This document shows, one piece after another, positions 8,938-17,900 of a stretch of DNA of 32,000 bases. A model generated the notes under the pieces. It did not search any database. It saw only the letters and a program-made list of their open reading frames with translations, and was not told the DNA's origin. How positions within the stretch are numbered: the first letter of the stretch is position 1; each line of letters begins with the position of its first letter. The translations under genes and the position numbers were made by a program. This stretch comes from Acaryochloris marina MBIC11017 (GTDB lineage Bacteria > Cyanobacteriota > Cyanobacteriia > Thermosynechococcales > Thermosynechococcaceae), in contig NC_009925.1 in NCBI RefSeq assembly GCF_000018105.1, forward strand, positions 6,420,001 through 6,452,000, written 5' to 3'.

Positions 8938-8950
8938 GGGAAATTAGGCT

Positions 8951-10018
8951 CTAGGCAGGAATTGCTAGTAATTGATCGGCTTGCTTGACCGTTTCGAAGA
9001 AAAAGGCTGCATTTTCTTCTGGTGTTGTTGGCAAAATGCCATGACCTAAATTCATGATGTGGCCTTTGTTGCCAGCTTTGCGAATTGTATCTAGGATGCG
9101 ATCGCGAATGAAATCCTGGGACCCAAATAGCACGCCTGGATCCATATTCCCCTGCACATGTAGGTTCGGTCCTAAACGCTTACGGGCATCAGCCATATCG
9201 ACCGTCCAGTCCACACTGATAATGTCAGCACCGGATTGCGCCATCCGCTCCAACAAACCAGCACTACCGCTTGCCAACAAAATCAAGGGCGTATCAGGAT
9301 GAGTTTCTTTTACCTGACGAAACACTCGTTGCTGATAGGGAAGCGCAAAGGTCTCAAAGTCAATGGGACTCAGCTGACCGGCCCAAGAATCAAACATTTG
9401 CACCACCTGGGCACCGCAATCAATTTGGTGTCGTACGTAGGTTGCGATCGCATCCGAAATTTTCTCCAAAAAGGCATGAAGAATCGTCGGATCATCAAAC
9501 GCCATGCCCTTAATAACGGAATAATGCTTGGAGCCTTTACCTTCAATGGCATAAGCTGCCAAAGTCCAGGGCGCGCCGACAAACCCTAAAACCGTCGATT
9601 GATTACCGACTTCTTGTCGCAGAGCCGTTAAAATTTGGCGAATAAACGGCAGAGACTCATCTGGCTCCAAATCATGGAGGTTATTCACCTGTTCCATGGT
9701 TCGGATCGGCTCTTCGATGATCGGCCCCTTGCCTTCTGCTACATCCATTTTGATACCGATGCCCGGCAAGGGCGTCACAATATCCGAAAAGAGAATGACA
9801 CCATCTGGTTTAAAGGCACGCCAGGGTTGTAGAGAGATCTCAATTGCCACCTCAGGAATCTCAGAGCGCTCCCGAAAAGAAGGGTACTTTTCCCGTAGGT
9901 CTCGGTAGGCCTTCATATATCGACCCGCCTGTCGCATCATCCATACGGGGGGACGATCCAATACTTCCCCACGGGCAGCCCGCAAAAGACGTGGGACATC
10001 TTGGGTAGATCCAGCCAT
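8951..10018 (-). CDS. hemE: Uroporphyrinogen decarboxylase
   Basis: Full-length match to HemE: [45 protein letters not shown]. Confidence 0.95.
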   Translation of the reverse strand: MAGSTQDVPRLLRAARGEVLDRPPVWMMRQAGRYMKAYRDLREKYPSFRERSEIPEVAIEISLQPWRAFKPDGVILFSDIVTPLPGIGIKMDVAEGKGPIIEEPIRTMEQVNNLHDLEPDESLPFIRQILTALRQEVGNQSTVLGFVGAPWTLAAYAIEGKGSKHYSVIKGMAFDDPTILHAFLEKISDAIATYVRHQIDCGAQVVQMFDSWAGQLSPIDFETFALPYQQRVFRQVKETHPDTPLILLASGSAGLLERMAQSGADIISVDWTVDMADARKRLGPNLHVQGNMDPGVLFGSQDFIRDRILDTIRKAGNKGHIMNLGHGILPTTPEENAAFFFETVKQADQLLAIPA

Positions 10019-10143
10019 CTGTACGTTTTACTCCTAACTTAGTCAAAAACAAGGGAACCAAATTGCATCCATCGCTCAATCCGAAAGCAACTGGCACCCT
10101 ACCGCTTCAATCTGCTTGCTGGATCTAGTTTAGGATTAATTGG

Positions 10144-10608
10144 CTACATTTTTGGATTTGAGTGGCGATAAGCAAAGAAGTCCACTCGATAATCTGAGAT
10201 GGTTACGCCTGCCTGCTCTTCGATTTGAGCAATCAGCTCTGGCGGTAGCTCAACTTGAATATCAATAATTTGATCTGTATCTAGACAATTAATATGGCTG
10301 TGGGAATGGCTTAGGTTGCCATATAAGCGTCCATCTGATCGCTCTACACATTCAATAATTCCTTGTTGGGACAAAGCCTCTAAATTCTGGTAAACCGAGG
10401 TATGGCCAATCTCTTTACCCGCCTGATTCAGTCGATCATAGATTTGTCGGGCCGAAAGATGTTCTTCCGCTAGCCAAAGCAACTCCAAAATCGATCGTCG
10501 TTGTCGACTTAGCCGCATTCCCAAAGCTTGGCATTGGTCAATCGCGTCTTCTAGGGAAGTGATTGGTTTGGTGGGGGTCTCAGGCTCAACGTCCAACACT
10601 CGGTACAT
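10144..10608 (-). CDS. Fur-family metalloregulator
   Basis: Winged-helix signature RLSRQRRSILELL...HLSARQIYDRL...GHTSVYQNLEAL..GIIE plus the His-rich metal site SHSHSH. ATG at 10608; the listed start 10623 is TTG. There are no CxxC pairs. Confidence 0.8.
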   Translation of the reverse strand: MYRVLDVEPETPTKPITSLEDAIDQCQALGMRLSRQRRSILELLWLAEEHLSARQIYDRLNQAGKEIGHTSVYQNLEALSQQGIIECVERSDGRLYGNLSHSHSHINCLDTDQIIDIQVELPPELIAQIEEQAGVTISDYRVDFFAYRHSNPKM

Positions 10609-10842
10609 CCCAACACTAAACAACGGTTTCGAGCTTTAATAGGTCAAGGTAAACCTAATCTAAATTCATTAAGTTCAAACCAAGCTGAATATCACTTGTG
10701 TTTGACCGCCAGTCATACTCAACCCCAGCTCAATAGCACAGACGGAACTGAGCCGCATTGCTATTCTTCTCTATCATACCTAAACCCGAACCGATTCCGT
10801 TTTACCGACCGACCCCACCTTTATGCAAACTGAACCAGAATC

Positions 10843-11328
10843 ATGACCGAAACGATTGCCATCAACGCTACTCATATTGATAGCCTAGACTTATCCCCCA
10901 TTCGTCCCCTCCTGGAAGCTTGGCTGGCTGACGATATTTTGGCTCATGAGCAAGAACTAACCTTTCAAATTGACTACCCTCAACCGGCCGATGCCCAACA
11001 AGAATGGTCCGAGATACCGGAGGTACGTTTATGGTTTATTCGCTTAGATAGTCTCTATCCTTGGTTACCGTTACTGTTGGACTGGCGTTCGGGTGAACTG
11101 GTCCGTTATGTTGCCATGCTTGTCCCTCACCAGTTCAGTGAGCGAGAAGGTATCCTATTCAATCCCCAGGCCTTAGACATTCTGATCATGCATAAAGTTT
11201 TCACGATTACCCGTTGGCTGCGCTCTTTAGGACAGGATAGTAATGCCAAAGTTATCCAAATGGCGGAGATGTTTGGTTATGAACTGGATAACACCATTTT
11301 TGATCTGATCCAAGCCCACCCCGATTAA
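10843..11328 (+). CDS. Conserved hypothetical protein, possibly CRR6/DUF1817-like (family assignment from memory only)
   Basis: Clean 161-aa ORF with an ATG start. The EVRLWFIRLDSLYPWLPLLLDW motif resembles the cyanobacterial/plant CRR6 family as I remember it. Not verifiable here. Confidence 0.45.
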   Translation: MTETIAINATHIDSLDLSPIRPLLEAWLADDILAHEQELTFQIDYPQPADAQQEWSEIPEVRLWFIRLDSLYPWLPLLLDWRSGELVRYVAMLVPHQFSEREGILFNPQALDILIMHKVFTITRWLRSLGQDSNAKVIQMAEMFGYELDNTIFDLIQAHPD

Positions 11329-11331
11329 TGG

Positions 11332-11541
11332 CTAGTAGCTATCCCCGTCGTTTGCAGTTTGCAGTCCGAGTTGACGATTGGCTTGGTTGAGACGTTCTGC
11401 GATCGCTTCTCGCCATTGCAAACTTACCTCGGGGTCCGCCAAAATATCTTGGGCCATCTGACGATATTGGGCGCTACTCACTTTGTCGACTTGCTCAAGT
11501 AAGTTGAGATTGTCGTAAACAGTTTGTGGAGAAGGTTTCAT
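11332..11541 (-). CDS. Small hypothetical protein (69 aa)
   Basis: ATG-initiated ORF 48 nt downstream of gltD on the same strand. No family recognised. Confidence 0.4.
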   Translation of the reverse strand: MKPSPQTVYDNLNLLEQVDKVSSAQYRQMAQDILADPEVSLQWREAIAERLNQANRQLGLQTANDGDSY

Positions 11542-11589
11542 GTCGTGTTAATGGTTGAGGACAGTCATTCTCTAAAGCAAATATTATAG

Positions 11590-13074
11590 CTAAGGCAAAT
11601 CCGTTTGCCCCATCAGGTAGCGATCGCATTCTCGTGCTGCACCTCTACCTTCATTAAAAGCCCACACCACCAGGCTTTGACCCCGTCGGCAATCCCCCGC
11701 TGCGAACACCCCTGGGATACTGGTCGTGTATTGCTCATACTCAGCTTTGACATTTCCCCGGGGATCGAGATCTAATTTCAACGAATCTAGAAGGGGTTGT
11801 TCCGGTCCTAAAAAGCCCATGGCCAACAGAACCAGTTGAGCTGGAATCACTTTTTCAGATCCAGGAACGTGAACCGGTGTAAAGCGGCCTTGGTCATCCT
11901 TTTCCCAAGTAACCTGAACCGTGTGCAAAGCTTTAACATGACCCTGTTCATCCCCTTCAAAGCGGGTAGTCATGGTTAGATAACCTCTTGGATCATCCCC
12001 AAAGACAGCAGCAGCCTCTTCCTGACCATAATCGAGACGATAGACCTTCGGCCATTCGGGCCAAGGGTTATTGGCAGCCCGCTCCTGGGGAGGTTTAGGC
12101 ATAATTTCTAGCTGTACTAAACTCTGACAGTTATGTCGAATGGAAGTCCCTACACAATCTGTCCCCGTATCTCCGCCCCCAATTACGACGACATCTTTAC
12201 CTTGGGCTGAGATCACCTGGTCATTCAGGCTAGCATCCATAACCGCCTTGGTATTGGCTGTTAGAAAGTCCATGGCAAAGTGAATCCCTTGCAAATCCCG
12301 ACCTTCAATGGGGAGATCCCGGGGACGAGTCGCCCCGGTACAGAGAACAACCGCGTCAAAATCCTTTAGCAAAGAGTCGGCCGGGAGGTCTTTGCCCACT
12401 TCAGTGTTACAAACAAACTTCACCCCTTCTTCTTCTAGAAGTTGGAGACGGCGCATTACCACCTGTTCCTTCTCCAATTTCATATTGGGAATGCCGTAGG
12501 TCAGCAGCCCACCCGGTCGATCGGCCCGCTCCAGTACTGTCACCCAATGCCCTGCCTTATTGAGTTGGGCGGCAGCACAAAGTCCTGCAGGCCCTGAACC
12601 CACCACGGCAACCTTCTTACCCGTGCGTTTTTCTGGCGGTTGGGGGGTAATCCACCCCTCTTCCCAGCCTCTATCAACAATGGTCTGTTCGATATTTTTG
12701 ATGGTTACGGGAGGGTTCGTTATTCCCAATACACAGGAGCCTTCACAGGGGGCTGGGCAGACTCGGCCAGTAAATTCTGGGAAATTATTGGTCTTATGGA
12801 GCCGATCAAGGGCTTCTCGCCACAGTCCTCGATAAACCAAATCATTCCACTCTGGAATCAGGTTATTGATGGGGCACCCACTAGCCATATTGCTAATGAC
12901 CGTGCCTGTATGACAAAACGGTGTCCCACAATCCATACAACGGGCCCCTTGGTTTCGGAGCCTTTCTTCAGGTAAGTGCTGATGGAATTCATCCCAGTTC
13001 TTAATCCGTTCCAACGGGGGACGATCCGTTGGAATTTCGCGGACGAATTCTATAAAACCAGTCGGTTTACCCAT
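11590..13074 (-). CDS. gltD: Glutamate synthase small (beta) subunit, NAD(P)H-dependent
   Basis: Two Fe-S Cys clusters ([20 protein letters not shown]), dinucleotide folds [14 protein letters not shown] and [13 protein letters not shown], and the C-terminal [18 protein letters not shown]. Confidence 0.9.
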   Translation of the reverse strand: MGKPTGFIEFVREIPTDRPPLERIKNWDEFHQHLPEERLRNQGARCMDCGTPFCHTGTVISNMASGCPINNLIPEWNDLVYRGLWREALDRLHKTNNFPEFTGRVCPAPCEGSCVLGITNPPVTIKNIEQTIVDRGWEEGWITPQPPEKRTGKKVAVVGSGPAGLCAAAQLNKAGHWVTVLERADRPGGLLTYGIPNMKLEKEQVVMRRLQLLEEEGVKFVCNTEVGKDLPADSLLKDFDAVVLCTGATRPRDLPIEGRDLQGIHFAMDFLTANTKAVMDASLNDQVISAQGKDVVVIGGGDTGTDCVGTSIRHNCQSLVQLEIMPKPPQERAANNPWPEWPKVYRLDYGQEEAAAVFGDDPRGYLTMTTRFEGDEQGHVKALHTVQVTWEKDDQGRFTPVHVPGSEKVIPAQLVLLAMGFLGPEQPLLDSLKLDLDPRGNVKAEYEQYTTSIPGVFAAGDCRRGQSLVVWAFNEGRGAARECDRYLMGQTDLP

Positions 13075-13479
13075 AGTCGTATCTTTACCAATTAGTCTTG
13101 AGCCAAGTCAGCACCACAGAAATCCTAGCTTTCCCCCTTTCACTAGCGAACCAGGATGCCAAGATTCTTATTTTTTTCTCCAAACCTCTGCAAAGTCAAG
13201 AGGAGGACTTATATTCAACAACTTAATCCCTATTGTTTAAATCGAGACATAAGATCACAATTTTTCCTAGATCGCCTCTTATAAAAGGGTGTCCTAAGTC
13301 TCAAGCTGTAAGCGATTACACCAACAGAAACATGCGTTTCAAGCAAAACAGGGTGTCAGCATGAAATGAAAAGATGAAGTTAAATCGAGCAGAATCTGAA
13401 ACCGCACCAGACCCAATCCATCACGGTCAACATCAGTCCCTGCTTATCATGTTGCCTTTACACTAACGATGAGAGCTTA

Positions 13480-14754
13480 TTATTCAGCTTTAATGAGCTC
13501 TTGAGGTAAAGAAATCAGAAATTTAGTCCCTTCCCCAACCGTGCTATCCACTTTAATATTGCCGCAAAAGGACTGAGTAACGAGATTATAGACAATATGT
13601 AATCCAAGCCCTGTCCCACCGCGATCGCGAGCAGTCGTATAAAAGGGTTCGAAAATCTTGCGTTGTTTTTCCGGCGAAATACCACAACCATCATCACTAT
13701 AAATAAGTTGTATTCCATCAGGTTCCTTCTGAATATCCACCTTCATCAACCCTGGTTCAGAGGGTTGATAGGCATGGATTAAAGAATTAGTGACCAGATT
13801 GGTAACGATTTGAGCAAGGAGTCCAGGGTAGCTCGTGATTACAAGCGAATCATCTCCAGTTAAAAGTAATTGATGCTTGCTATTTTTGAGCTGTGGTCGC
13901 AGGCTATTTACAACTTCTTGTAAATAAGCTTTGACATTAAATTCCCGTTGTTCCTGATGAGATTGGTCAACAGCAACAAGCTTAAAACTACGAACTAGAT
14001 CTCCCGCCCGATGTAAATTGCTGAGGACCAGTTTGGAGCTGCTTTGTGCGACATGGATATAACGGCTAAGAACAGATCGTTTAACTTGTCCCTGCTCCAC
14101 TGCCTTTAGAAACGTATGGGTTTCATCGGCTAAGGTTGAGGCAGCCGTGATACTGGTACCAATAGGTGTGCTGATCTCATGGGCAACACCAGCGACTAAA
14201 TTCCCTAAAGCCGCCATCTTTTCGGACTCTATCAGTTGGTTCTGGGTATTTTGGAGTTGGTCGATGGTTTCAGTCAGGGTTTTTTCTGTGGAGATGCGCT
14301 GTGCAATCTCAGCTTTCAGCTGATGATTTTGAGCTTGTAAGGTTTGATTTAACGCATATATCTGAAGGTGAACCTTAACCCTTGCCAGAAGCTCATCTAC
14401 ATAAATTGGTTTTGTTATATAGTCAACAGCTCCGACTTCTAAGCCTTTAACTTTGTCATTGTTAGAAGTCAGGGCTGTCATAAAGATAACGGGAATTGGT
14501 TCCGTTTGTGGATTAGCCTTTAAACGTCGGCAAGTTTCATAACCATCAATATCTGGCATCAAAACATCTAAGAGAATGATATTGGGCTTAGCAAAGGCAG
14601 CCCGTTGCAAACCGCTCTCCCCCGAACGTGAGACTAAAACAGTGGCACCAAACCCTTCGAGAGCCGATAGTGCAACCCCCAGATTATTAGGATTGTCATC
14701 GATGATTAAAACGGTGTAGTTGCGAAAATCAATATCGCCAGACATTAGAGACAC
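13480..14754 (-). CDS. Response-regulator receiver / histidine kinase fusion (REC-HisKA-HATPase)
   Basis: N-terminal REC (VLIIDDNP...LLDVLMPDIDG...TKP), H-box VAGVAHEISTPIG, N-box VTNLVTNSLIHA, G-boxes DDGCGI and GGTGLGL. The listed start is GTG 14754; an ATG lies at 14745. Confidence 0.85.
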   Translation of the reverse strand: MSLMSGDIDFRNYTVLIIDDNPNNLGVALSALEGFGATVLVSRSGESGLQRAAFAKPNIILLDVLMPDIDGYETCRRLKANPQTEPIPVIFMTALTSNNDKVKGLEVGAVDYITKPIYVDELLARVKVHLQIYALNQTLQAQNHQLKAEIAQRISTEKTLTETIDQLQNTQNQLIESEKMAALGNLVAGVAHEISTPIGTSITAASTLADETHTFLKAVEQGQVKRSVLSRYIHVAQSSSKLVLSNLHRAGDLVRSFKLVAVDQSHQEQREFNVKAYLQEVVNSLRPQLKNSKHQLLLTGDDSLVITSYPGLLAQIVTNLVTNSLIHAYQPSEPGLMKVDIQKEPDGIQLIYSDDGCGISPEKQRKIFEPFYTTARDRGGTGLGLHIVYNLVTQSFCGNIKVDSTVGEGTKFLISLPQELIKAE

Positions 14755-14922
14755 ACCAGATAAAACAAATCATTCAAAGAAAATGGCACAGTTGAAGATG
14801 TTCGTTGTTCAGCCTTCCGTGTCTATTGGGATCAAGCACATCATCAGCCCTTTGCAAACCATCATCAAAATTTGAGTGTTAGCCCTCCAAATACCAACTT
14901 AAACAAGACAATATTATTGAAG

Positions 14923-17900
14923 CTACTCATGGGGTAAAAAATGTTGGAGAAACACCATGATTTTTTCATCTTCAAAATTGTGAGCTAGAGAGATTAATTG
15001 ATTAGCGAAGGGCGCTAACTGTGGCTTGGAGGCTACCAGACCAGACGCCTCTCGACGTATTTGAGTCATGTTTCCAAGCATGGCAAGTTCAAACAGCCGT
15101 TGTAAACAGCCTTGATCTGGGACAACAAGTGTTGTTAAATCGCTGTCGTTGGTGGTTTGAGCCGCCGAGCTGGACGCAAAATTCCATTCCAACTGTAAAT
15201 ACTCAGCTAGCAGATCATATAAAGCTATATCTTCTACAGGTTTAGGAATAAAAGCATCACACCCAGCATCTTGGCTTAGTTGTTGATCTACTGCTTGCAC
15301 ACTAGCAGAAATCGCAAAAATAGGAATGCTTTTTAATTCAGGAATTTGCCGGATTTCCTTGATCATTGCCCAGCCATCTTTATTCGGCATGACTAAATCA
15401 CTTAAAATAAGCTCTGGTTTACATTCAATCGCTTTTTCTAGACCTTGTTGTCCATCCTCCGCTAACTCTAGGAGAAAGCCTAGAGGTTCTAACATTGCCA
15501 CCAAAACGGTTCGGTTGACCGCACTATCATCAACAATTAATAACCGGCGTGGGGGGCCGTCATACCCAACAATGGGACCACCGATTGTCTGAGCGGGGAC
15601 AGATTGTTTCGAGAATTTGTATGGAATTGAGAACCAAAATGTAGAGCCTTTCTCTTCACAACTCTCCGCTTGAAGTGTTCCTCCCATTAATTCCACCAGT
15701 TGGCGAGATATGGATAGCCCCAGCCCTGTACCTTCAGCTCGCCGGTTCAGGTCTCCAACTTGCTCAAAAGGGTGAAAAATCTGCTCAATTTGGTCTGGAG
15801 AAATTCCGATGCCTGTATCGGTGATTGTGAACTTAAGTTTGATTTGCTGGGACGTGTGTTGCTCGATCTCTACAGATAAAGTGACTTGGCCTTGATCGGT
15901 AAACTTAATGGCATTGCTCAACAGATTCAGAAGGATTTGACGAAGACACTTCTTGTCAGACTGAATTCCTTGAGGTAGAGAGTCAGCAGGCCGATAGACA
16001 AACTGGATATTCTTTTCTTGAGCCCGCATTTGAAAGAGGTTCACAATACTCTCTAATAGGGATGGAAAATGAATATCTGAGATATTTAGCTCTAGTTTTC
16101 TGGCCTCAATTTTGGCAATATCAAGGATGTCATCAATGAGTGTTAGGAGATGTTCACCACTTTGATGAATGGTGTTTAAGGCTTGTTGATGACAGGGCAA
16201 TAAATGGTGATCGCGTTTGAGAACCTGAGCGTATCCCAAAATCCCATTCAGAGGTGTTCGCAATTCGTGACTCATATTGGCGAGAAAGTCACTTTTCGCT
16301 CGATTGGCCGCATCAGCTGCTTCTTTGGCAGCTTGGAGTTCCTTCGTTCTCAGGACAACCCGATGTTCAAGCTCTTCATTGACCTGCTTCAGTGCTTGTT
16401 CAGCTTGTTTGCGGTCACTAATATCTTCGTAAGTCCCTAAAATACCAACCGTATTATCAAACGGATCTTTTAAGGGGATTTTATTGGTATCCGCCCAAAC
16501 ATTGCCATTTTGCTCTGTGTTGAAAATTTGCAGTACATGTAGTTCAGGAATGCCAGTGGATATTACACGCTCATCATTTTGTTGGCTAGCGGCAAGATGT
16601 TTGTGGGGCTTGGATAATGCATCATCCGTTTTGCCAATGACCTGCTCGGGAGAGTCGAGCCCCATAGATGCAGCAAAATTTTGGTTACACCCCAAGTAAA
16701 TGGAATCATGGTCTTTCCAGTAGATGAGCTGGGGAATGTTGTCAATCACGAGGCGCAGCAGCTGTTGAGATTCTCGCAATTGATTTTCAGTTCGTTTGCG
16801 GTCACTGATATTCGTAGAAACTCCTCCAATGGCATACACATGGCCTTGGGGGTCTAAGACTGGAAATTTATTGGCGATATAGGTGTGACGGCTGCCATCT
16901 GCATGGGTGACTACTTCTTCTATCGTTTGAACCTGACCTGCAGCTAGAGTATTAATGTCATTTTTCCGCAATTTTTCCGCAATTTGCCGGGGAAACAAGT
17001 CGAAATCGGTCTTACCTAAGAAAGTTTGGGGATCAATATCAAATAACTCTCCCAAGACTCGATTAAAGATGAGGTATTTCCCCTCTAAATCCTTTAAGTA
17101 GATTGCAGCGGGTGAATTATCAATCACTGCTTGCAGCTGCTTTTGACTTCGCCGGAGGGCATCTTCTGAAGCTTGTCGTTCCATTTCCGCCCCGACCCGA
17201 GTTGCAAACAATTGGAGTACAAATTCCAAGTTACTGGTATCAACGGGTAAAGGCTTTGTATCAATAATCCCTAAATTTCCTATGACTTGTCCCTGGGAGT
17301 TTTTAATCAAGCAGCTAATGTAACTTTCTCCCTGGGGAGATAAGTGTCTTGAGAGAGTGGGAAATTTGGCTGATAGATCATTCGGGACACAACACCATTC
17401 ATGTCGATAGGTCTCTAAACAAGGGGTGTCAGATAAGTCGAAGTCATAGGGGGTGGCAAAACTATCTCCAGTCCACATGGCCAAGACTCGGGATTGGGTC
17501 CAGGTCTCATCCTTGATCTTGGCGACAAATGCGTAGTGCACCCGAAAGATATTCGCAAGATACTGGACACAAGATTGATAAAAGTCTGAACCTGTTTTAT
17601 CTGCAGTTCCTTTAACGATCGATTCAATTGCAGTTTGTTGTTGTTTGCGGCGGGAGATATCACTCAAAGTTGTAATCAAAACCGGGTTGCGTTTAAGGGC
17701 TACCTTTCTGATTCGAATCTCTACGGGAAGGGAGGCCATTGAGTCCTGGAAGTTCTTGGCAATATCTTCAAACTGGAGGCTAATTCCCTGTTCCGCTTGT
17801 TGAAAATGCTTTTGGAATAGCTGAAGTGAATCTTCAGAAACTAAATCTGTTAAATTCATCTGCAAAATCTTATCTCGCGTTAAACCATGGATATCCAATG

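Noticed and set aside
10645-10675. AT-rich TAAT...ATTA stretch upstream of the Fur gene as a candidate Fur box
   Set aside because: Only about 8 of 19 positions match the GATAATGATAATCATTATC consensus on the best register. This is not distinguishable from background AT-rich DNA.
8951-13074. Numerous 60-117 aa ORFs antisense to or overlapping hemE and gltD (for example 9054-9302, 9236-9589, 12560-12835, 12640-12975). Similar ones lie inside the kinases, the binding protein, pit and gltB.
   Set aside because: They lie fully inside genes with strong homology and have no recognisable motifs. They are typical shadow ORFs.
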